Shown: positions 52,880 to 61,984, numbered from the stretch's first letter. The stretch is 64,000 bases of DNA from Pseudomonadales bacterium (GCA_028281605.1 JANQJO010000022.1:5590-69589); one strand, 5' to 3'. Numbers and translations: made by a program. Notes: generated from the sequence alone by a model not told the origin.

Positions 52880-54961
52880 TTAATCAAGCAAATAAGAAGC
52901 TGCACTGGCAGCAACAGCAGTACAAGTGGCTTGAATGATTTGTCGGTTCCCCAAATTTAAAGAATTTAACTGTGTGACTAAAGTATTAAGTTCAGAGGTA
53001 AGTTCTTCTAAAGAAATTTGCTTTTCTCCACCTAATAAAAAATGGTTGTATAGCGCGTTGTAAACAACAGCTCTATCTCTATTGTTGCTAACAGAAGGTC
53101 TTATTGTTTGAAAAAAGGTTCTATAATTATTGCGAGATCTCATTAATTCATTACAAAATCCAGCGCTTAATTTATTTAATGCGGTTTGGATACTGGCATT
53201 GAGTGACATAGCATCTTGAGAGTTGGGTAGTTGAGTTTTTAATTCATTGTAAAGTTGTAACATGTTTGGGTTTTGAGGGTTAATATTCATTTTGGTCGAT
53301 AAGTCGTAGTAGGCTGCACTGAATAATGGAATGCCCACTTCTGTGCTACGTGATTGTTTGAATGTGATAACCGATTTAGACTCTGGTTCAACGACCACAT
53401 TTTGCTTTCCTGCAATTTCTTCAAAAACTAAAGTAATGATATCTTTGTTAGGGCCGTCTTGTTTTCTGATTACAGTTCCAACTGAGCTTAATTGCTGTTT
53501 TTTTCCATTAATCTGCGTGTCTATTTTTGCAAATGCCTGAGCAGCTACTTGAACTGTTCCATTGACAGCTATGCGTAAGCCTTTGATTGTGAAATTATCT
53601 GCTTGACCTAAATGTAAAGTAGGTGCGATAAAAAGATAACTGTCTTTATCGTAATCACTGACTTCAATTTCAATATAACTGTTAGTAATGCCTACTAATT
53701 GACTGACATCAAATTTAATAGGTTGCCTTTCAAGTTTTTGAATATACTCGCTAGCACTTTGTTGATAATTAGCTAAAGCTTGACTTTGATTAATTGCTTT
53801 ATCATAAATAGCTAGATATTTTATTTCTCCTTTAAAAGAAAATTCTTCTCCTGGCATGCTACCAATAGATATTTTTGCTGAATCGCGCCACTCCATAAAC
53901 CCTAAATAAGGGCCATTACCAGCTAGATTGCCGTTAACGTAAATTTGGCTACCTTGCTCGTTATAGGTTGTAATGATGTGAATAGGTTGGCTTAGGGCAA
54001 TTTTTACATCTGTAGAGGTGATGTCTCCTGCGGCCTCAAACTCACTTCTGAATTTAGCTGCAATCATATTTTCATTAATAGCTACGGCAGCGTTGATATT
54101 GTCATGAGAATCTGAATATCCCCAAATATGAGATAAGGTAGAGTTTTGGGCATTTTGATCTGGAATAATCCAAGTTTCAACACTATAGGCTCTACTTCCT
54201 TGTTCTGTTGCTATTCGGTTATACAGTTTATCCGATGCTGGCATAGATGAAGACAGCGCTATTTCTTCGGCAATACCAGAAAAGTACAACCCTCCGCCAG
54301 ATACCCAAGAAACATCGTTCATTAATTTCAAGTCTAAGGAAGGCGCGACACCACTGGTATCATGAGCTGTAGTGCCTGAGCCTTCTTCAAATCTGTAGAG
54401 TGCTATGGCATCGTTAATAACATTATCGAAGCTTTGGTTTGTTGCTAATAAAGTTCTTGGAAGTGATGAGAGTTTTAAGCTGTTATCACTATCTAGCGTA
54501 GCCTGTGCTATAAATTCATTTATCATTGCCAACATTTCGTTTGCATTATTTGTACAGTCACTCCAACAGTTGTGCTTTAAAAGTAATTTTTGATATAGTC
54601 TGGATTGTTCTGGTTTGTTGATATTGATTAAGCCTTCGTTACTTGTTTGAATCAATGAAATCTCAGTATCTGAGTGTGCGTGCTTAGGTGAGGCATCGAT
54701 AACTGTAACATTTTCACTGTGGCAAGAAGAGCAATGCTTTTCTGTCAATTCATGTACTGGGCGAAAAGCGGCAATATTGTCAGAACGGTTTGGATTGATA
54801 GAACCAATGAGATTGTTTCCATTGTCATTTCCGATAGTGCCATTGTTGTTTGTTAATCCAATGCCTCCGTAACAGCCTGATAAAGCAAGGAATAAAATGT
54901 ACAAAATTCTTGATAAGTATTTTTTATGATAAGCTTTAATTAAATTTTTATTAATGTTCAT
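52880..54961 (-). CDS. Cassette 1, gene B: lipoprotein with a CxxCH motif (PSCyt-like) and a LamG/concanavalin-like domain
   Basis: Lipobox LALSGC, an Asn-rich tether, HCSSCH...KPEQSRLYQKL, and LamG-like LYRFEEGSGTTAHDTSG...YSVETWIIP...FSFKGEIKYLAIYDKAI. I prefer the ATG at 54961; the ORF-track TTG at 55003 is possible. Confidence 0.75.
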   Translation of the reverse strand: MNINKNLIKAYHKKYLSRILYILFLALSGCYGGIGLTNNNGTIGNDNGNNLIGSINPNRSDNIAAFRPVHELTEKHCSSCHSENVTVIDASPKHAHSDTEISLIQTSNEGLININKPEQSRLYQKLLLKHNCWSDCTNNANEMLAMINEFIAQATLDSDNSLKLSSLPRTLLATNQSFDNVINDAIALYRFEEGSGTTAHDTSGVAPSLDLKLMNDVSWVSGGGLYFSGIAEEIALSSSMPASDKLYNRIATEQGSRAYSVETWIIPDQNAQNSTLSHIWGYSDSHDNINAAVAINENMIAAKFRSEFEAAGDITSTDVKIALSQPIHIITTYNEQGSQIYVNGNLAGNGPYLGFMEWRDSAKISIGSMPGEEFSFKGEIKYLAIYDKAINQSQALANYQQSASEYIQKLERQPIKFDVSQLVGITNSYIEIEVSDYDKDSYLFIAPTLHLGQADNFTIKGLRIAVNGTVQVAAQAFAKIDTQINGKKQQLSSVGTVIRKQDGPNKDIITLVFEEIAGKQNVVVEPESKSVITFKQSRSTEVGIPLFSAAYYDLSTKMNINPQNPNMLQLYNELKTQLPNSQDAMSLNASIQTALNKLSAGFCNELMRSRNNYRTFFQTIRPSVSNNRDRAVVYNALYNHFLLGGEKQISLEELTSELNTLVTQLNSLNLGNRQIIQATCTAVAASAASYLLD

Positions 54962-55003
54962 GATCAGTTTCCATATTGTTACTGTGTCATTGGCAATAAT
55001 CAA

Positions 55004-56164
55004 TCAGTTTCCCCTGCAATAAACAGCTGTCTCAGCTAAGATGCTTTTAAAGCGGTAATTATTGTTTTCAAAAATGCTGGTTATTCTTTCAGCTTCATTG
55101 AAATCTGCTTGTGTTTCAATGGGTCTAAAACAAACTTTTTCAAATGCTTTTGCAACTTGGCATCGGGAAAACTCTTTAGAATTTGCTACTTCTTGGCCTA
55201 GACTTTTTGCTCCATTGCCGCGACCAGGCAGAGTTGGGTCCCAACCTAATATTTTGTTTTTGCCTTCTCTCCAATAGTTAATCCAGGAGTCGTTTTGAGT
55301 AACGTAGCCTAATGAAAAGGTTGTTGCGTTAATTAGAAACTTTTCTTGAACTCGGTTTGAACTATAAACTAAACGTTGTTGGTCCTCATCAAAATTGTAG
55401 TAGGCAAAAGCACCAGCTATAGCATCCATACCACTATGGCAGCCAACACAATGTGACATAAAAGCTTCGCTCTCTCCTCCAGGGCTTCTTGATATATCTT
55501 GTCGAACACGATCAGAAGCAATGGAGAGATCTTTCAATTGTTCCATGTCACGACATAAATAATGAAGTCCTGTAAATCGCCACATTGCACGATTGGTTCC
55601 ACCACTGAAAAATGCTTTTGCAGCTTGTCTGCTTGTCATAATTCCGGCTGCTGTTTCAGGGGTAACGACTGCAGCTGGTAGCGCAGATTGAGTGGTTCTG
55701 ATGAGTACATTTGGGTCACATAGGTTAGCTCGATTATTTTGTAGTTGAATATAATGGTCGTTGTTAGTTTGATTGTATGTACCATTTGCTCCAACATAGA
55801 TTATGTCGGCGCTCAGTACTTGATTAAATGGAATGTCATCTCTAATCATACCAATGACTGTAGCTGTATAGTCATTTAAATCTATTCCTGGGTCAAATTC
55901 TTCATTTGTCCAAGGAGTAACGAAATTACGCAACATAACATTGCAAAAGGCAGGGTTTTGCATTGCAAGGTTGGCAGCGCCTATGCTATTGCCATTTTCT
56001 ATCATGCTGACCATGCTTTGTAATACAGCTTGGGAAGCGTTAATACCAGTGAGTCTGACGTGTATTCTTCTGGCTTGATCCAGCGTATCAGAAAATACTG
56101 GTTCAATGCTAAATATGCTTATTAATATAATAAGCATCGACATGGTTTGATTCTTTTTGATCAT
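55004..56164 (-). CDS. Cassette 1, gene A: secreted Cys-rich protein with a single CVGCH motif, DUF1588/DUF1585-like
   Basis: AAGIMTSRQAAKAFFSGGTNRAMWRFTGLHYLCRDME...HCVGCHSGMDAIAGAFAYYNF. I prefer the ATG at 56164 (MIKKNQTMSMLIILISIF) because the ORF-track start at 56221 lies inside a palindromic repeat. Confidence 0.72.
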   Translation of the reverse strand: MIKKNQTMSMLIILISIFSIEPVFSDTLDQARRIHVRLTGINASQAVLQSMVSMIENGNSIGAANLAMQNPAFCNVMLRNFVTPWTNEEFDPGIDLNDYTATVIGMIRDDIPFNQVLSADIIYVGANGTYNQTNNDHYIQLQNNRANLCDPNVLIRTTQSALPAAVVTPETAAGIMTSRQAAKAFFSGGTNRAMWRFTGLHYLCRDMEQLKDLSIASDRVRQDISRSPGGESEAFMSHCVGCHSGMDAIAGAFAYYNFDEDQQRLVYSSNRVQEKFLINATTFSLGYVTQNDSWINYWREGKNKILGWDPTLPGRGNGAKSLGQEVANSKEFSRCQVAKAFEKVCFRPIETQADFNEAERITSIFENNNYRFKSILAETAVYCRGN

Positions 56165-56204
56165 CCCCTTAACCCCTAAGAATGCTGTAGCAAAAATAGA
56201 AATA

Positions 56205-56338
56205 TATACAGCGAGACCCAAAATGATTCGATATTTATGTTGGAAGCCGATGGCGGCAAGGATGCCGCCATCGAGCTATAGGGATATATTAATGTGTGTT
56301 TAAAAAATGAATATCGAATCATTCCTGGGTCTCGCTAT
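56205..56338. repeat. Nested palindromic element at the 5' end of cassette 1
   Basis: Arms AATGATTCGATATT (56222-56235) / AATATCGAATCATT (56310-56323) extend imperfectly to CAGCGAGACCC / GGGTCTCGCT. The inner perfect hairpin is GATGGCGGCA-AGGA-TGCCGCCATC (56249-56272). Confidence 0.75.
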
Positions 56339-56805
56339 AAGATTGATAAATTTATTCGTTGAAACTTTTTTATCAATTTTTTTTTAAAAAGTTAACATGG
56401 ATTATGCCGTCCTATTAGAATGCGAAGCAATTTGAATATTGTTTTCCAATGATATGTTGTTATATAAAATGTTTGCTGCGTAGGTTCTTAGGTACATCAA
56501 GTAAAATTATTTTTTGTGACAAGTTGATACATTTAGGATTTTTTATAAATTATCCAAGATAGGCTGATTGGTTAAGGGTGAAAAAGTTTAAAAAAAACAA
56601 TCGGAGATTTTCTTTTTGTTTTTTATATTGTGAGTTGATTCCATTCAATGATTAATGGGTCAGTATGAATGGCTCTGTATTTCTTATAAATGAAAACAAT
56701 AGGATTAGACAAGTTGATATTTTTTCTTACAAGAAATAAAAAACCTTAAAAAATTAAAAAGTATTTTCAAAGTTTTCAGTGGACTGTTTAAGCTCGAATA
56801 TTAAG

Positions 56806-56960
56806 GAACGAGCACGAAATAAATTCCTGTTTATACTTGTCCTATTTTTCGCTATCTGTGTTGATGAAAATGGTTACATAGAATAACTATGCGCCCATTT
56901 TCTCGCCTTGATAGCAAAAAATAGGACAAGTATAAACAGGAATTTATTTCGTGCTCGTTC
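56806..56960. repeat. 155-bp palindromic element with a perfect 44-bp inverted repeat and a 67-nt spacer
   Basis: GAACGAGCACGAAATAAATTCCTGTTTATACTTGTCCTATTTTT at 56806-56849 is the exact reverse complement of 56917-56960. The spacer itself folds imperfectly (GCTATC...GATAGC, GAAAATGG...CCATTTTC). Confidence 0.9.
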
Positions 56961-56964
56961 TTAA

Positions 56965-56989
56965 AATGGGCGCGAAAATTGCGCCCATT
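56965..56989 (-). terminator. Candidate intrinsic terminator downstream of cassette 2
   Basis: AATGGGCGC-7 nt-GCGCCCATT has a perfect 9-bp GC-rich stem and lies 48 nt after the gene C2 stop. On the minus strand it reads GCGCCCATTTTAAG, so the U-tract is short. Confidence 0.4.
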
Positions 56990-57036
56990 GGTATTCATGA
57001 ATAGAGAGATGTTGTATTGTGTATGATGATTGTATT

Positions 57037-58524
57037 TTACATTAGTTTTGTCATAGCAACATGGGAGTCAATGACGCTTCTAAGAGCACTGTTTGTATAA
57101 TTGGCTGAAAATGCAGATATTCCTTGCTCACCAAAAGCCATGGAGCACCAATTAAGTACAGCGGCTTCTGCCAAGGTGCTAGGATTTGAAGCAATCGGGG
57201 AACCATCTACACTAACGGCGCCGGCGGGGCTAAAAAACCCCATTTGTCTTGCAGCTGGATTACGCATTTGCGGTGTAACTGGACTGTACACCATGACGCC
57301 TGCAACGCCTTTACTGCCGTCATCTCCGGTCCAAACAGGTTTGCCACTGCCATCTGTGCGCCCATTACTAAAACAGGCACCATCACTGAACACCATGATC
57401 ATTAAGGGTACGCCTTTCATAGCAGCTGCTTCCAAACTGGCGCCCATAAGCCTACCAACTTGTAAGTCTTTAGCTTCACCTCTTGTACGAGTTCCATTAT
57501 GGTAATCACTGCCGTTGACTTCAATTGTCCCGGCTGCAGCGTAACCATCTAAAACCAGTTTCATTACACCAGCGCCTCGATCAAAAACTCGATCGCTGAG
57601 TTCGTCTGCGTTTAAGACGGTGGTAATGATAGGATCAGACAAAGGATTTAAAACAGTAGGGTCTGCAAAATCATTTGTTGCTTTAGCGCTTAATAAAGAA
57701 GCGCAATGTATGACGTCTTCTAAAGCCTTTTCTTGTTGCATGCGATCCAATTTCATTTTACTGATACGTTCAATAGCAGCTGTTAAGAAATTAGCTCCAC
57801 CGTTACTGCCGGTATCAATTAAACCAGTTGTATCTGTGGCTGTTGAAATAATTGTAGGTTGAACCGAGCTTTGTTTTAAAGCTTGTGCTTTTCCTCCTGA
57901 GCTTGAGCTTCTTGTTCCTACTAAGGATGTTAGTGAGCCTACTGCACCGGCTTCGGCAATAGCATGTGCTGGATTTAATACATTATTGTTGCTGTCATCA
58001 TTGCTTGCACATGGCATGACAAAGCCATTCATGTTAGCCCTTGTTCCAGGGGTGGTTTTTTCTAGTAGACCTCTGCAAATACCACTGTCTGCTTGTAAAG
58101 CCAATCCAAATTCAGTATTTACATTGGATATCATTTCTGGTAATAATCCCATTCTTCCATAACCTTCGGTGCCTACTGAGTCGTCCATTTGACCTTGGGG
58201 TCCTCCAACCATAAAATTTGAAGCTAAAGCAGCACCACCAGCACAATCAATACAAATCAAAGGCAGAGGGTTTGCTCGAGCAGCGGCACCACCACCAGCG
58301 TTTTGATCGCCACCGCAGTCTTGTAAGGTTGCAGCTCGTATAGTGCTCATTGGTAGCATTGTTCCGCCAACATATGGCATAAATACGGAAGCCGCGCCGG
58401 TTATAAAACCTTGAGACAGAAACTCTCTTCGTGTACGAGGTCTTCTATGATCCATATGGTACAAAGGAACATTTAAGTCATCGCTGGGTCCATATTTATT
58501 TCTGAATCTTCTTGGCCTTTTCAT
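57037..58524 (-). CDS. Cassette 2, gene C: Tat-signal protein, remote DUF1501-like; paralog of 51356-52843
   Basis: PRTRREFLSQGF and the same conserved blocks as copy 1. Colinear over all 495 aa, and most positions are identical by eye. Confidence 0.75.
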   Translation of the reverse strand: MKRPRRFRNKYGPSDDLNVPLYHMDHRRPRTRREFLSQGFITGAASVFMPYVGGTMLPMSTIRAATLQDCGGDQNAGGGAAARANPLPLICIDCAGGAALASNFMVGGPQGQMDDSVGTEGYGRMGLLPEMISNVNTEFGLALQADSGICRGLLEKTTPGTRANMNGFVMPCASNDDSNNNVLNPAHAIAEAGAVGSLTSLVGTRSSSSGGKAQALKQSSVQPTIISTATDTTGLIDTGSNGGANFLTAAIERISKMKLDRMQQEKALEDVIHCASLLSAKATNDFADPTVLNPLSDPIITTVLNADELSDRVFDRGAGVMKLVLDGYAAAGTIEVNGSDYHNGTRTRGEAKDLQVGRLMGASLEAAAMKGVPLMIMVFSDGACFSNGRTDGSGKPVWTGDDGSKGVAGVMVYSPVTPQMRNPAARQMGFFSPAGAVSVDGSPIASNPSTLAEAAVLNWCSMAFGEQGISAFSANYTNSALRSVIDSHVAMTKLM

Positions 58525-58567
58525 GTGCTCTACTCTCCAAAGCAGTTAGCAATTTTTTCTTTATTTT

Positions 58568-60688
58568 TTAATCTCGTAAATAAGTTGCGGCACTGGCCGC
58601 TACGGCGGTACAGGTGTTAATAATAATGGCATTATCATTAAGGTTAATACCTTGCAGTTGTGATATTAAAGTATCAAGTTCTGAAGATAGTTGTTGTAAT
58701 GTAACTTGTCTGCTGCCGCCTTGTAAGAAATTGTTATACAATGCGCCATACAATTGAGCTCTGTTATTCAAAGATGCGTTGTTGCCACCAAAAAATGCGC
58801 TGTTTAAGTTTCTGTTTCCAACCAAAACGCTGCAAAATTCAGAACTTAAGCGTGTCATTGCGGTTTGCACCCCAGAATTTAAAGACATTGCATCAAAAGT
58901 GGTAGGTAATTGAGTTTTTAGCTCTGCATATAATGAAGAAACAGTTGCATTGTTTGGATCGATGCCTGTACTCGTTGCTAAATCCATATAATATTCATGT
59001 AACATGGGAATACCTACTCCATGACTGGGTGCACTTTTGGGTGATATGGTAGACTTTATTTCAGGGTCTGCTGTAACATTTTGTTTGCCTGCGATTTCTT
59101 CAAATACCAGTGCAATTTGATCTTTGCTTGGACCATCTTGCTTTCTCATGATGGTACCAATTGAGCTGAGTGATTGTTCAGTACCACTGACTTGAATATC
59201 TACTTTGGCAAAGGCTTGAGCTGAGGTTTGAATGTCACCGTTTATCGCTATGCGCATACCTTTGACTCTAAAGTTTCCTGTGCTGCCTAGGTGTAGAGTG
59301 GGTGATGAAAAGAAGTAGCTTGCTTTGTCGTACTCACCCACTTGCATTTCAATATAACTGTTTGGTATGTCAACAAGCTGACTGACATCAAAGCGTACAG
59401 GTCCGATTTCGACACTGGTTACAAATGCACTGGCACCTTCTTGATAATTAGCTTGAATTTGTGAAACAGGAATCACTTGATCATAAATCGCCAGATACTT
59501 TACATCTCCTTTAAAGGTATTTTGTCCACCTGGTAAATTGCCTACGGTTAAGCGGCCAAAACTACGCCAGTTTTGAAATCCGATGGGTGGGCCAGAAGCT
59601 GCTTGCACACCATTAACAAAGACTCTTCTGCCGCCAGCATCGTAGGTGACTACAATATGCATGGCTTGTCCTGGTGTCAGTGAGATGTTAGAAGATAAAG
59701 GTTCTCCTCCGGATACAGAGCTTCCACTGTGTTTAGGGGTAATAATATCGTTTTCAATAGCCACGCTGGCATTGACTTTGTCGTGGTATTCGCCATAACC
59801 CCATATATTTGGAATGCCTGCATTACCAGAGACTATAAATCCAGCTGCTGCTGGGTCGGCTACTTGTGTCTCAGGAAGTATCCAAGTTTCAACAGTGTAT
59901 TCTTGGGAGCCATTGCTACCTGCGATTTTTTCAAATAGCTTTTCCGATGTAGGGACGATTGAGCTAATGGCCAGCTCATCAGGAGCACCAGAGAAACGTA
60001 GACCTCCGCCGGGTGCCCATGAGGCTCCTTTTCGTAGTGTTAGATCCAAAGGGGGTTCTATGCCACTGGTATCGCGCGTTTTTGCTCCTGATCCTTCTTC
60101 GAAACGATATAAGACGATGGCTTCATTTAGGACATTATTGATAGAATCATCGGACTGTATTAATACCACAGGTGATGAAGATAGTTTGAGTAATGTATTG
60201 TTACTATCAACAGATGCACTGCCTATGAAGCGATTGATTTCAGCTAACATTTGATTGGCGCTATCGGCACATGCTGTCCAGCAATTGTGTTGTGAGAGTA
60301 ATTTTTGATAGAGTCTAGATTGTTCTGGTTTGTTTGTATTAATCATGCCCTCATTGATAGATTGAGATAATGCGACAGAGGGGTCGGTGTGAGCATGTTT
60401 GGGAGATGCATCTATTGTAGTAGGGTCTTCGTTGTGACAATCAGCACAATAGCGCACTGTCAAATTATGTACACTTCTACCAAATGCTGCGACATTATCA
60501 CCTCTGTTGGGATCTATAGAGCCCCCTCCGCCTCCTCCGATAGAGCCTCCGCCTGCTCCACCTTGTCCTAATTCCCCAATGCAACCTACTAGGCATAGGG
60601 TAGAAATCAAGAAGAGGCTTACAAAAGAGTTTTTAACTTGTTGTATCCGCCAAACACTTTCATCCCAACGGCAAGTGCTGTTATTCAT
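58568..60688 (-). CDS. Cassette 2, gene B: lipoprotein with a CxxCH motif and a LamG-like domain; paralog of 52880-54961
   Basis: Lipobox CLVGC, a Gly-rich tether GGAGGGSIGGGGGGS, YCADCH...KPEQSRLYQKL, LYRFEEGSGAKTRDTSG...YTVETWILP...TFKGDVKYLAIYDQVI. Confidence 0.75.
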   Translation of the reverse strand: MNNSTCRWDESVWRIQQVKNSFVSLFLISTLCLVGCIGELGQGGAGGGSIGGGGGGSIDPNRGDNVAAFGRSVHNLTVRYCADCHNEDPTTIDASPKHAHTDPSVALSQSINEGMINTNKPEQSRLYQKLLSQHNCWTACADSANQMLAEINRFIGSASVDSNNTLLKLSSSPVVLIQSDDSINNVLNEAIVLYRFEEGSGAKTRDTSGIEPPLDLTLRKGASWAPGGGLRFSGAPDELAISSIVPTSEKLFEKIAGSNGSQEYTVETWILPETQVADPAAAGFIVSGNAGIPNIWGYGEYHDKVNASVAIENDIITPKHSGSSVSGGEPLSSNISLTPGQAMHIVVTYDAGGRRVFVNGVQAASGPPIGFQNWRSFGRLTVGNLPGGQNTFKGDVKYLAIYDQVIPVSQIQANYQEGASAFVTSVEIGPVRFDVSQLVDIPNSYIEMQVGEYDKASYFFSSPTLHLGSTGNFRVKGMRIAINGDIQTSAQAFAKVDIQVSGTEQSLSSIGTIMRKQDGPSKDQIALVFEEIAGKQNVTADPEIKSTISPKSAPSHGVGIPMLHEYYMDLATSTGIDPNNATVSSLYAELKTQLPTTFDAMSLNSGVQTAMTRLSSEFCSVLVGNRNLNSAFFGGNNASLNNRAQLYGALYNNFLQGGSRQVTLQQLSSELDTLISQLQGINLNDNAIIINTCTAVAASAATYLRD

Positions 60689-60760
60689 GATTATTTTATC
60701 TCCATACTCTTACGCGTTTAGATCAAAAAACATAACTAATTTTATTCTCATATATCCCTG

Positions 60761-61984
60761 TTAGTTTCCTCTGCAATATACTGCAGTTTCGGCTAAAATT
60801 GTTTTGAAGCTATAATTACTGGATTTAAAAATTTCAGTTATTCTTTCTGCTTCATTGTAATCTGCTTGTGTTTCAACCGGTCTGAAACAAACTCGTTCAA
60901 AGGCTTTTGCAACTTGACAAGCAGCGAACTCTTCAGCGTTTGCAACTTCCTGTCCTAAGCTTTTAGCTCCGTTGCCTTTGCCAGGCATGTTGGGATCCCA
61001 CCCTATGAGTTTGTTTTTTCCTTCTCTCCAATAATTAACCCATGAGTCGTCTTGAGTGACATAACCCCACTCAAAGGTTGTAGAGTTAATTAAAAATTTC
61101 TCTTGAACTCGGTTGGCTGTATAGACCAGTCGTTCTTGGTCTTCGTCATAATTATAATAAGCAAAGGCTCCTGCTAATGCATCCATACCACTGTGGCAGC
61201 CTACGCAGTGGGATAAAAAAGCATCGCTTTCTCCCCCTGGGCTTCTAGAAACGTCTTGGCGTACATGACCTGAGGGGCGGGAAAGGTCTTTAAATTGTTC
61301 CATATCACGGCATAAGTAATGAAGTCCTGTAAAGCGCCACATAGCGCGATTAGTGCCACCACTGAAAAAAGCTTTGGCTGCTTGTCGAGTTGTCATAATA
61401 CCCGCAGCTGTTTCAGAGCTGACAGGAGCGTCAGGCAAAGAGGATTGTGTTGTTCTGACCAATACAGTTGGATCACATAAGTTTGCTCCATTGTTTTGTA
61501 ATTGAATGTAGTGATTGTTGTCAGTTTGGGAGTAAGTGCCTGCGGCACCAACATAGATAATGTCTTCAGTTAATACTTGATTAAAGGGAATGTCGTCCCT
61601 GATTATGCCGATCACAGTTGCGGTATAGTCGTTTAAATCTATACCTGGATCGAATTCTTCATTGGTCCAGGGGGTGATGAAATTTCTTAGCATAACGTTG
61701 CAAAAGGCAGGGTTTTCCATGGCCAGATTGGCAGCCCCTAAAGCATTATTGGCTTGTATCATGTCTCTCATGTTTTCTAAAACAGCTGGAGTTGGGTTGA
61801 TGCCAGTCAGTCTGGTATGAATTCTTTTAGCTTGATCTATAGCATCAGCCTGCGCTAGTTGAATGTTAACGACTAAAAAAAACAATGTGAAAGCAGTGAT
61901 CAAGAGTGATATTGACAGTGAACGCGATGGAAAACTGTGTGTAAGTATCCCATTTGAAAAATTAGAAAAGATATTTTTTATCAT
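60761..61984 (-). CDS. Cassette 2, gene A: secreted Cys-rich CVGCH protein; paralog of 55004-56164
   Basis: Signal peptide ending LAQA-DA. AAGIMTTRQAAKAFFSGGTNRAMWRFTGLHYLCRDME...HCVGCHSGMDALAGAFAYYNY. The conserved C-terminus AETAVYCRGN is identical in both copies. Confidence 0.75.
   Translation of the reverse strand: MIKNIFSNFSNGILTHSFPSRSLSISLLITAFTLFFLVVNIQLAQADAIDQAKRIHTRLTGINPTPAVLENMRDMIQANNALGAANLAMENPAFCNVMLRNFITPWTNEEFDPGIDLNDYTATVIGIIRDDIPFNQVLTEDIIYVGAAGTYSQTDNNHYIQLQNNGANLCDPTVLVRTTQSSLPDAPVSSETAAGIMTTRQAAKAFFSGGTNRAMWRFTGLHYLCRDMEQFKDLSRPSGHVRQDVSRSPGGESDAFLSHCVGCHSGMDALAGAFAYYNYDEDQERLVYTANRVQEKFLINSTTFEWGYVTQDDSWVNYWREGKNKLIGWDPNMPGKGNGAKSLGQEVANAEEFAACQVAKAFERVCFRPVETQADYNEAERITEIFKSSNYSFKTILAETAVYCRGN

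Noticed and set aside
56165-56221. ORF-track start of cassette-1 gene A at 56221 (MGLAVYISIFATAFLGVKG...).
   Set aside because: These codons lie in the left arm of the 56205-56338 palindromic element, and paralog A2 has no counterpart. The ATG at 56164 yields a signal-peptide-like N-terminus.
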